This document shows positions 16,409-25,197 of a stretch of 55,487 nucleotides of DNA, piece after piece. Each line of letters opens with the position of its first letter. Position 1 is the first letter of the stretch. The notes below the pieces were generated by a model. That model worked only from the letters and a program-made list of their open reading frames with translations, ran no database searches and was not told the origin of the DNA. Position numbers and translations under genes: made by a program. This DNA comes from Candidatus Poseidoniaceae archaeon. Its GTDB lineage: Archaea > Thermoplasmatota > Poseidoniia > Poseidoniales > Poseidoniaceae. The stretch is taken from the NCBI GenBank assembly GCA_024958795.1, contig JANXHP010000037.1, positions 1 through 55,487 of the forward strand, in the 5' to 3' direction.

Positions 16409-18123
16409 CAATTAACCCCCCATTGTGCTCTAACTTCAGTTGCTTTCATCTCAGCATCCTCCTCCACAAGTTCGGCACTATCCGCCAACATCATGCCACC
16501 TTGTTCATCAACGATAGTTCGCCCAGATGCACGAATATTTCTACCCAACATCTTTGATCTAAGAGTTTGCACGAAATCTAACTGCCCATCTGAATTGATT
16601 CGGGTACTAAGGTCTTCTTCAGTCAAATCAAGGAGGCTTAAACTTCCTTCCTTGTTGATTAGTAAGGACATGCTTGCTAAACCATCATCAATCACTAACC
16701 TCATCCTTACATCTGTTTCGCCATCATTGGCATCATGTGTTGCACAGTGTCCATCTCTCAGAACTCTTCTACATTCTGTGCATCTTTGAATAAATCCAGA
16801 ATCTTCTCTAACACTTACTACGATAGCCTCGGTTGAAACTCCGACCCTGCTTGCTCCAGTCGATAACTCATTGAGTGCGACTTCCACTGTCTGTGTACTA
16901 AAATCAATACTTTCATCCCAAGGTGATTTTTCCAATATTTCAACTTGATCGGCATTGTCAACGGTGATATCAGGAATCCCTTGCCAAGCTCTTACTCTAA
17001 CACCTTTCAGCCTTACAGTGATTGGAATACTATCCTCGTCAATAGGCAAGTCTTCCCATGCACTCATCCTACATCTCCCAGTTGGATCTGCAATTTGTCC
17101 AGACCAGAGGTATTTTTCAACACCATCTCTTGTGAAAGTTCTCTTTGCCCATTCAGTGATTTGAACAACGGTATCAACATCTCTTGCACCATCTCGTAAA
17201 TCGCTAATTGTCAAGACTGTTTGTTCAGACAATGTTTCAGTATCAGCAAAATTCTTGTCATGGAATAATTCAACTTTTGTTGTTCTTCCAAAATTCAACT
17301 CAGGTGTATCTCTAAATGTACGCACTTGAGCTCCATCAATTTTTATCAATGCACCAACTTCATGTCCGAACGGTTCCCAAGAAAGGAAGCCAATCGTTCC
17401 AGATTCATCTGCCAATCTTCCACGGACGATATCTATTGAACCTGAGCCATCTTTTTTGTGGATTTGGTCTTCTCTTGATGAAAGAACTCGGCCGACTACG
17501 CAGACATATCCATCACTAGGAAGCGTAGCGATATCTTGGGCTTCTCCAGGTGCTACAACAGCCCTTGTTCCTTCACGAATGACAACAACCCGTGAGGATT
17601 GATTGATATTTAGAGACATTTTTCCTTGATATTCATTTACTGAAACTCCTTCAAGCCTTACGATTGAACCAGGGGCAAGGTTTGGACTAGGCGCCCAATC
17701 TTTGTACTCCCAGCGATTCTTTTCTCCACTTTCCGCCCAAGGGTTATCCTCTAACAAACCGAAGGCAATCTGCTTTTGTTCACCACGAATTGTTTGTTCA
17801 CGCAAATTATGTGAAATAATTTCAACTTCAATTTCAATTTCCTTATCATCTGCCTTCAATTCACTCAAACGTTCGACTTTCTTTGTCGCTCTAGAGTTAG
17901 ATGAAGAACTGCTTGACCTAGTGCTTGGTATTGACTTCGCACTGTTTAGACTTCTAATGATAGACCTCATCGAGTCTTGAGGGGGGATTTTGAAATCTTC
18001 TTGATACTTCAAAAATGCTGCAGCAATTGTTTCGGAATCTGTATCTGGACATTCCTTTTGTACTGCTTCAATGTAGGTATCAAACTGTCCATCTGACATA
18101 TTTGACACCTCTATCATTTTCAT
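16408..18123 (-). CDS. Replication protein A (multi-OB-fold ssDNA-binding protein with a zinc finger)
   Basis: There are repeated OB-fold-like segments and a C-x2-C-x8-C-x2-H finger (CTECRRVLRDGHCATH). This architecture is typical of euryarchaeal RPA. Confidence 0.8.
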   Translation of the reverse strand: MKMIEVSNMSDGQFDTYIEAVQKECPDTDSETIAAAFLKYQEDFKIPPQDSMRSIIRSLNSAKSIPSTRSSSSSSNSRATKKVERLSELKADDKEIEIEVEIISHNLREQTIRGEQKQIAFGLLEDNPWAESGEKNRWEYKDWAPSPNLAPGSIVRLEGVSVNEYQGKMSLNINQSSRVVVIREGTRAVVAPGEAQDIATLPSDGYVCVVGRVLSSREDQIHKKDGSGSIDIVRGRLADESGTIGFLSWEPFGHEVGALIKIDGAQVRTFRDTPELNFGRTTKVELFHDKNFADTETLSEQTVLTISDLRDGARDVDTVVQITEWAKRTFTRDGVEKYLWSGQIADPTGRCRMSAWEDLPIDEDSIPITVRLKGVRVRAWQGIPDITVDNADQVEILEKSPWDESIDFSTQTVEVALNELSTGASRVGVSTEAIVVSVREDSGFIQRCTECRRVLRDGHCATHDANDGETDVRMRLVIDDGLASMSLLINKEGSLSLLDLTEEDLSTRINSDGQLDFVQTLRSKMLGRNIRASGRTIVDEQGGMMLADSAELVEEDAEMKATEVRAQWGVN

Positions 18124-18132
18124 TCATTAGTG

Positions 18133-18151
18133 TCCTATTCACTGAATAGGA
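18133..18151 (-). promoter_or_regulatory. Perfect 9-bp inverted repeat TCCTATTCA-N-TGAATAGGA, 10 nt upstream of the rpa ATG
   Basis: Read directly from the sequence. On the minus strand its 3' arm contains the only SD-like AGGA in front of the start codon. Confidence 0.5.
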
Positions 18152-18310
18152 TGCGGGCTTTCGTGCGTTTTGGTTGAGACTTGACACTCCCTTGACCTCC
18201 ATGGAACTAAACAAAAATGACTACGGCTAATAAACAATTTCACGGCTCAATTTAGAAAAGTGAAAGTATTCAAAGGTATTATGTGATTATTGAAATGTAA
18301 TATTTCAACT

Positions 18311-19714
18311 TCAAGCCGGATTTATTCTAAACCCATCCATAACTAAAACATCAGGGATATGCATGCCACCTGTTGAATAAGAATCTTGAATTATAGGCCT
18401 ATCACCTAATATCACATCATTTGCTAATGCCTTTGCAATATTTCCTGAAAGACCTGCTTGCTTAATCGGCCCCGCAATTTGACCATCGACTACTTTCAAT
18501 ATCGTGCTAGTCGTCACTGAGAAATCACCGCTAGTAGGATTGGCAGTATGCGCCCCCATAACGCTGTGAACAATATATCCATTCTCCATATGAGAAATCA
18601 AATCATCTCGACTCTTGCCCCCATTACTAGATTTTAGAATCATATCTGAACATCCTGTATATGGTGGTGATTGATGACTTCCTCTAACCGCTGAACCCGT
18701 TGATTGAGCATGATCAATACGCCCTTCAGCCATCATTTGTGCTGAATCTCTAGTTGACCACATAGATCCTACGAGCCTGCCGTTTTCGACCAATACTTGA
18801 GTACGACTCGGCACTCCTTCGCCATCACGACTTGAGCTACCCATTCCACCTTCCATTAACCCATCATCAATCAATGTCAAGTCATTGGCAAGAACCATTT
18901 GTCCTTCCTTCCCCGACCAAAACGACTCTTTTCGTACTAATTTTTGACCTTTGACCGCTGCTGGCACACATACAGAGAATAAAGGAGTAAAACCTTCACT
19001 AGTCATCAATACTGGACAATCTACTGCTTGTGAATCTACCTCAATTGGCCCCCTAGTGCATTGAGCCCAATGAACTGAAGTTTCAATACAATCTGGAACT
19101 GATTTTAGCAGTTTTCGACTAGAATTACTTTCCCAAGCACTTGTTAATTCATCATTTTCATCTATGCTAACTTGAACACCTGCTCCATGAGAGGTTGTGA
19201 TTCCGCTGGAAAGAATACCTTGACTGTTTACAATGGCGCCTGCAGTTGCTGAAACACCTACGCCACCACCTGTTACCACTGCTCTAGAATCCAATGAAGC
19301 AACTTCATTCAATATCGCATCTGCTTGTTCTAACAAATCTTCTGGACTGACATCTAAAATTCTGTTATCACAACGGCCTAAAACCTCTGTTGATTTTTGA
19401 TTCTCTGGGAGGCAAAATCCTTCTACTGCTGGTGAAACCTTTGCAATAGAAAGTGCCTGTGAAACTGCATGTTCAGCACCGGATATGTCAACCAAGTGAG
19501 CATAACCAAATCTTCCGCCATCCAAAACACGTACACCATATCCGCCATCGCCCCCACCAGCTGCGAGTTTTATTTTTCCCGCTTCAATGTCTAACTCATG
19601 ACCATATGATTGAAATGCAACAACTTCCCATTCATTAATTCCTTTTGATTGGCATAGATGCCCTATTGTTTGCGCACCTTCAACGATACGCGATACAGCG
19701 TCATCTGGTAACAT
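18311..19714 (-). CDS. pmbA: PmbA/TldE family protein (TldD partner)
   Basis: It shows TldD/PmbA-family similarity in length and Gly-rich C-terminal half but has no HExxxH motif. Its ATG overlaps the tldD stop by 1 nt. Confidence 0.8.
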   Translation of the reverse strand: MLPDDAVSRIVEGAQTIGHLCQSKGINEWEVVAFQSYGHELDIEAGKIKLAAGGGDGGYGVRVLDGGRFGYAHLVDISGAEHAVSQALSIAKVSPAVEGFCLPENQKSTEVLGRCDNRILDVSPEDLLEQADAILNEVASLDSRAVVTGGGVGVSATAGAIVNSQGILSSGITTSHGAGVQVSIDENDELTSAWESNSSRKLLKSVPDCIETSVHWAQCTRGPIEVDSQAVDCPVLMTSEGFTPLFSVCVPAAVKGQKLVRKESFWSGKEGQMVLANDLTLIDDGLMEGGMGSSSRDGEGVPSRTQVLVENGRLVGSMWSTRDSAQMMAEGRIDHAQSTGSAVRGSHQSPPYTGCSDMILKSSNGGKSRDDLISHMENGYIVHSVMGAHTANPTSGDFSVTTSTILKVVDGQIAGPIKQAGLSGNIAKALANDVILGDRPIIQDSYSTGGMHIPDVLVMDGFRINPA

Positions 19715-21198
19715 TATCCCACCAAAGCCTCGCTGATTCTCATTATTGGACCACCATCTCCTACAGGAACTGTTTGTCCTTTACCACAAAAGCCAGGCGC
19801 TGCTAATTTTGCATCTCTAGTCAAACCGTTTACATTTTGTAGTATTTCCAATGTTAATCCACTAACACTAACATCTTTTAGAGGCGTTGTAAGTTCGCCA
19901 TTTTCTATTAACCATGCTTCCTGTGCTGCGAATTGGAATGAACCCTTGCCAGTATCAACTTGTCCGCCACGAGAGCCACAGGCATATATTCCATAACTGA
20001 TATCTTCCAATAAATCATCCATATTATTGTGAGTTCCACCCATTATCATTGTATTTGACATTCTAACAAGAGGATGATGGAGGCCATCTTGGGCACGAGC
20101 GCCCCCATTAGGTTGAATATCAAAATGTGCTGCAGTTTCCCTATGATTGAGATATTCTGTTAGAACACCATTGGTTATCAGTTGCTTGGTTCTTGTGTTT
20201 ACTCCTTCATCGTCTATCGGATATGCACCATATCCCCCTCTAATCATCGGGTCATCTATTACAGTCACAATATCTGAACCTATTTTCTGACCTAATCTAC
20301 CATCTAAACATGAATCTCCTGCTGCTACTAAATCTGCTTCACAAGGATGCCCGAGCGCCTCATGGATGTATACTCCGGTAAGATCACGGTCTGCTATTAG
20401 TGGCATTTTTCCAGATGGTGCGCGTTTTGCATTCAATAATCTAAGGGCTGCAATCCTTGCATCAATACCCAGTTGGCCTAAATCACAAGCTTCGATTAAT
20501 TCCAGCCCACCTTCACCGCCGTACCTTGTTCTATAGGATACTACTTCTCCATCATCTCTTGCGGTTACCATTCCTCTAACCAGTGAACGTTGGAATGACC
20601 AGACTCTATCCATTCCCTCACTGGTCATCAGTTCGGTGTGTATATGTTCGTCTGCCCACCCACAAGTGGTTGAAACTATTTTTTCATCATCACTTGCACT
20701 ATCTGCAATAGCCTTCAGCATATCGATTTTTGTTGATAAATCTGTATTTCTAATATCCTTTTTTGGATGCCAGTGAATCTCATCTTGGAATATTGGAACT
20801 TCTGCTAATTGAACTGCATTGTCAGAACTTGACCTACGCTTTGCAACAGCTTTTGCCAAACGAACTGTTGATTCAATTTGTTCAGGCAAAGAGACGATGT
20901 CTGTTGTTGAATGGACTCCCCATGCACCATCTGCTAGAATTCTTAGTGTAACACCAACTTCCTGACCAGGAATCGCATTCTCTAATATCCCATCTCTCAA
21001 ATTTACACTTGAACCAGTTTCTGCAACCAATCGAACTTCTGCATAACTTGCACCAAAATCTACAGCCTGTTGTAAAGCATGACCAATCTTCTTTTGATCC
21101 AAATAACGACCCGTTGAAAAATCAATATTTGATGCACTAGAACTAATCACCATATCGTAATGTAAAGGCCCACAGTGCTTGAACTCTCTCATTGACAT
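19714..21198 (-). CDS. tldD: TldD family metalloprotease
   Basis: It has the HEALGHPCEAD (HExxxH) motif and family-typical Gly-rich blocks. The track start at 21210 is a TTG. ATGs are present at 21198 and 21192. Confidence 0.85.
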   Translation of the reverse strand: MSMREFKHCGPLHYDMVISSSASNIDFSTGRYLDQKKIGHALQQAVDFGASYAEVRLVAETGSSVNLRDGILENAIPGQEVGVTLRILADGAWGVHSTTDIVSLPEQIESTVRLAKAVAKRRSSSDNAVQLAEVPIFQDEIHWHPKKDIRNTDLSTKIDMLKAIADSASDDEKIVSTTCGWADEHIHTELMTSEGMDRVWSFQRSLVRGMVTARDDGEVVSYRTRYGGEGGLELIEACDLGQLGIDARIAALRLLNAKRAPSGKMPLIADRDLTGVYIHEALGHPCEADLVAAGDSCLDGRLGQKIGSDIVTVIDDPMIRGGYGAYPIDDEGVNTRTKQLITNGVLTEYLNHRETAAHFDIQPNGGARAQDGLHHPLVRMSNTMIMGGTHNNMDDLLEDISYGIYACGSRGGQVDTGKGSFQFAAQEAWLIENGELTTPLKDVSVSGLTLEILQNVNGLTRDAKLAAPGFCGKGQTVPVGDGGPIMRISEALVG

Positions 21199-21226
21199 AC
21201 TAGAAATCAATTATTATGGATTCTCA

Positions 21227-21793
21227 TTATGCTGAGAAATCAGCAGATAAGATATGTCCAATTAATGCTTGTTGAAGATTTTCTTGAGGAATCCCTTCAG
21301 TATCTAAGCCCAATTTATTGGCCGCTTCAACAGAGAAATATGCTACAATTTTGCTATTTTCTAATCCAAGTATAGATAGTAATGTTTGGCAATTGGAAGC
21401 AAAATCATTGTGTTTGCCCATATCTATTCCCGAAGGTTGCAAGCCCGCAATACCCTCTTTCTTCAAAATCGGCTCTGGTAAATACAAAACCCATCCTGAA
21501 GTTTCTCCGTCTTGAATGCCAGCCCTAACAAATGCATCACTGACATGGTGAGTACCTGCAATATATCGCAAGAATTCTGCATCCCTTCCTCTTGCTAATT
21601 GATTTCCATTAGCAAAATTTCTCTCACAACAATTCCAAGCGGTCCAAAGTTGCTGTTCAAATTGAACAGCATGTCCTGCTACCAGCATCCATCTATCGTC
21701 TAATCTATTATCCAGAAATTTAGCAATCAGTTGTTTAGCGATGACTGGTTTGTCACTTCGCCATGCAATGCAAGGAAACTTAGGCATTGTCAT
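21227..21793 (-). CDS. Putative KEOPS subunit Cgi121-like protein
   Basis: LARGRDAEFLRYIAGTHHVSDAFVRAGIQDG resembles the Cgi121 core iAks..mEiL.y.sG.rqI.eAi...G. Its size is also consistent. The assignment is weak. Confidence 0.35.
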   Translation of the reverse strand: MTMPKFPCIAWRSDKPVIAKQLIAKFLDNRLDDRWMLVAGHAVQFEQQLWTAWNCCERNFANGNQLARGRDAEFLRYIAGTHHVSDAFVRAGIQDGETSGWVLYLPEPILKKEGIAGLQPSGIDMGKHNDFASNCQTLLSILGLENSKIVAYFSVEAANKLGLDTEGIPQENLQQALIGHILSADFSA

Positions 21794-21820
21794 CAATACA
21801 AGGCAGGAGCACTTCTATTT

Positions 21821-24430
21821 TCAATCAACCGGATAATTCTCATCATCTAAGGGAATATCATCCTCTCTTATTTTCTCAGTATCTATGATTTGTTTTTTGG
21901 GTTTGATGATTTTCCCAACCTCAATAAGCATATTATCGACAATCTTTGGACCCCACCCGCGTTTACTTGAAAGCGTCTTTATCTCTTTCTTGCTCATCGC
22001 GGCCAAACTTTTGACACTTCTATAGCCCATTGATGCAAGTTCTCTAGCCCTTTTTCTACCAACAGTACGAATATTTACCAATTGTAACAAATCCTTCTTA
22101 CAACCGTGCCTAACTCTTTGTTTTACAATATCTATTTGAATTGATAGTTCTGATATATGTTCCATATGTTCATCTGAAAATACATCATCTGCCATTAGGA
22201 TTGCTTGTGCTCCTGCCATAAGCCAACTAATGGTATCAACTCGATAGTTTACATCACCAGGTGTAACATCCAATGCTGCTTCAATTTCCCTCATTGTATT
22301 CTCATCCATCCACATTTCTAACATCCATGCAGATTTCACATAGCCAAGCAATCTCTCTTCATATGAAGAATCATGTAGCATTTCATCTTCAACACTATTG
22401 GTTTTGACCCATAAGGGGGAGCCTTGCACCATATCCTTTGTCTTAGCCCATAACGACGAAAAGTCAGGTGTGGCTGATGCAAGATGCAATAGTCCAAAAT
22501 CAGTAACAGGAGCATTTCCTCTTACCATACGGCGTATTGCCCTCCTCATACCATGTCTTAAAATTGAAGCTGAGAGAGGATCAAGGTAGAATTGTGTTAT
22601 TCGTTCACCCATTATTGTTGCTTCATATTTCATTGCCAAATCATCATTTTTGACCTCGTCTTTCCATCCACCTACGGTTCTCAATGTACTTGCATTGGTA
22701 AAGCCAAGAGATGCTTGAGAATGTGCTGAAATCCTTTCACTATATGATTTATTAGAGTAATCTTGGACTTCGTTATGAAATTCAACTCCTCCTGTTGAGT
22801 CAGCCATTTTTGCCCATGCTGGCATATGAGTTTCTGACATCGAAATATCTTCGGATTGCTGTTTGATATTATGACTCACAGAAAAGTGTTCATCAATTCC
22901 AACCCTTCTGATGAACCTTTCTTCAACTAGCCAATGTATCATTTTGTCCAACCTCTCTTCCAACACTATCGTTGGCATGCAATATCCTAAAAAAGTGGCT
23001 TTGAAAAAATCAATAATTGACAACCGGTGTTGCATTCCTCCCGAAGTGATCATCGACAATAAATGCATTCTCATCGCTGGCTCACTGGCCAATTTTGAAG
23101 TAATATTTTCAATCGGACCAAAGAAGTATTTGTCACTAACTTCATCTGCTATTTCCCAACCATCTGTTCCTTTACAAAGAATCCATGCTTCCCCAAAATC
23201 ATCATATTTTGGCCTTCCAGCGCGTCCAAGCATTTGTCTTATCTCCATAACAGGAAGCGGCCTACTCATTCCATCGTCCCAGCGTTTTATATCTCTAACA
23301 AGCACCCTTCTAGCAGGAAGATTAACTCCCGCTGCAAGAGTGGGTGTCGCTGTTAATGCAACTAGCAATCCTTGCTTGAATGCGGATTCAATCTCTTTTC
23401 TTTGAGTATGTGTCAAACCTGCATGATGAAATGCTACACCGCCCGATATTGCTTCACAAAGAGACTCACCCATTGAAGACTGAGTATTTCTTGATAATTT
23501 TGCAACTAATTGTTGTAATTTTTCTAGGCGCTCTGGGTCTTGCTTTGACAATACTTTTTTGACCCGTTTTGCAAGAGAATGCGCTTCGGATTGGGCGGAA
23601 CGACGAGTTCCAACAAAAACAAGCAACTGCCCGTCTTGGGCAAGTGAATCGATTACTATCGCACCAGTTGGGTGGGATTTAGGGCCATCAATATCTCTTG
23701 GTGGATTCAATTTTGCGTTATCTTCACCAATTTGTGAAGATTGTACCATTCTTGGTTCAATATGTAAATCGTGAAAAGTTGAGTATTCAAGCGCTACTGG
23801 CCTCCACTCTGATTGAATCAATGTAGCATCTAACCATTGTGATAATTCAATACAATTACCTACTGTTGCCGAAAGTGCTATCACTTGCGATTTTGGCCTT
23901 AGATATCTAAGTCTAGTTAGATTAATCTCTAGTGTAGGACCTCTTGATGAATCGTTCATCAAGTGAAATTCATCAGCGATTACTATTGACACATTTGCAA
24001 CAATATCGGAATTTGAACGCATCATTGAATCCAACTTTTCTGATGTACAGACAAGGATGTCACATGATTCAATATTTGCAACTTCTCGCACTGAATCGCC
24101 AATTCCAAGACCAACCTTCAAACCTAAGTGATTTCCAAGTTGTTTCAAGTCATCGTATTTCTCACTAGCTAATGCTTTCAATGGTACGATGTATACTGCC
24201 TTAGAACCAATATCATCAACCAACAATTTACGCATTATCCCAATGTAAGCAATTAATGACTTGCCGCTTGCCGTTGGAATTGCCAATAATGTATTTGATC
24301 CTGAAAGAACTGCTGGCATCGCCTCTGATTGAGGCGGGTGTAACTTTTTTATTCCCCAAACTTCACTCAAAAATATCTTGGCTTTTTCGGGCAAATCTAA
24401 GGACATCACCTCATGATGCTGCGCCGACAT
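21821..24430 (-). CDS. hel308: Hel308/Ski2-like superfamily 2 DNA helicase
   Basis: Helicase motifs seen are I AIPTASGKSL, II DEFH, III SAT, HHAGL, V TPTLAAGVNLPA and VI QMLGRAGRP. There is a C-terminal helix-hairpin-helix (GRKRARELASMGYRSVKSLA). ATG 24430 is preferred over TTG 24457. Confidence 0.85.
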   Translation of the reverse strand: MSAQHHEVMSLDLPEKAKIFLSEVWGIKKLHPPQSEAMPAVLSGSNTLLAIPTASGKSLIAYIGIMRKLLVDDIGSKAVYIVPLKALASEKYDDLKQLGNHLGLKVGLGIGDSVREVANIESCDILVCTSEKLDSMMRSNSDIVANVSIVIADEFHLMNDSSRGPTLEINLTRLRYLRPKSQVIALSATVGNCIELSQWLDATLIQSEWRPVALEYSTFHDLHIEPRMVQSSQIGEDNAKLNPPRDIDGPKSHPTGAIVIDSLAQDGQLLVFVGTRRSAQSEAHSLAKRVKKVLSKQDPERLEKLQQLVAKLSRNTQSSMGESLCEAISGGVAFHHAGLTHTQRKEIESAFKQGLLVALTATPTLAAGVNLPARRVLVRDIKRWDDGMSRPLPVMEIRQMLGRAGRPKYDDFGEAWILCKGTDGWEIADEVSDKYFFGPIENITSKLASEPAMRMHLLSMITSGGMQHRLSIIDFFKATFLGYCMPTIVLEERLDKMIHWLVEERFIRRVGIDEHFSVSHNIKQQSEDISMSETHMPAWAKMADSTGGVEFHNEVQDYSNKSYSERISAHSQASLGFTNASTLRTVGGWKDEVKNDDLAMKYEATIMGERITQFYLDPLSASILRHGMRRAIRRMVRGNAPVTDFGLLHLASATPDFSSLWAKTKDMVQGSPLWVKTNSVEDEMLHDSSYEERLLGYVKSAWMLEMWMDENTMREIEAALDVTPGDVNYRVDTISWLMAGAQAILMADDVFSDEHMEHISELSIQIDIVKQRVRHGCKKDLLQLVNIRTVGRKRARELASMGYRSVKSLAAMSKKEIKTLSSKRGWGPKIVDNMLIEVGKIIKPKKQIIDTEKIREDDIPLDDENYPVD

Positions 24431-24582
24431 GAATTCACATCCGCGCCAACAGTCCAAAAGGAGCGCGCCTATTTATTTTGACAAATGTGGAAATACGGCA
24501 CAGAAAATACAGGTATTAAGTATCAAATAAACACTATTGCCATGCGACATCCCTAATACCCACCGCTAACGGTGCCTACTGC

Positions 24583-25197
24583 ATGAGCGATGATGTTGAG
24601 GCAATAGTTGAAGAGCGTCTTGCAGTGTTTGATGATGAGCCAGACTTGAATGATTGGTTCGAAGTAATGTGTGGTGCAGCGATGGCTGTACTAGGTATTT
24701 TTCACTTAGTAAGCCCCGGAAATCTAGTTGACCCTGATGTTATGCGTTGGTTTGCATCTGCAGTCATTGCAGCAGGTGCAATTTGGGCTGGACACGGTTT
24801 GAAGGACATGGCTGTCAAAGAAATTCGTCGCTCAATCGCAATACTTGAGGCATCACCAAGCGGCTCAGGTGTTGACCATGGATTAATTCGTGATGTCCTT
24901 CTCAATCCTGATGCATACAAAGAATTCCTTGTAGAGGCATATAACTCTGCATGGGAAGATGGAATCATCACTGAAGAAGAGTTAGCAGAATTAAAATCAT
25001 TCCAACAGGCTTTGGGTATTAGTGATGATGAAGCGGCGGAAATGAATGTAAAGGCTGCGATTAAAGCAGCTGCTAAAGATGGAGAGATTACTGATGAAGA
25101 GGAAGAATCTATCAAGAAGGCAGCAGATGAATCCAAACTAGACGAATCTGAAGTCAAGAAAGCAATTGATGATGCTCTGGAAAAGAAAGATGATTAA
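24583..25197 (+). CDS. Membrane protein with two TM helices and an acidic helical C-terminal region
   Basis: Hydrophobic segments are AAMAVLGIFHLV and FASAVIAAGAIWAG. The tail has repeated ITxEE...LGISDDE-like units. GGTG lies upstream of the ATG. Confidence 0.5.
   Translation: MSDDVEAIVEERLAVFDDEPDLNDWFEVMCGAAMAVLGIFHLVSPGNLVDPDVMRWFASAVIAAGAIWAGHGLKDMAVKEIRRSIAILEASPSGSGVDHGLIRDVLLNPDAYKEFLVEAYNSAWEDGIITEEELAELKSFQQALGISDDEAAEMNVKAAIKAAAKDGEITDEEEESIKKAADESKLDESEVKKAIDDALEKKDD

Noticed and set aside
18082-18202. A 40-codon upstream ORF on the minus strand (ATG at 18202) running into the rpa start in another frame.
   Set aside because: It has no SD, is short, and the reading frame passes through the palindrome. 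It is more economically explained as non-coding leader sequence.
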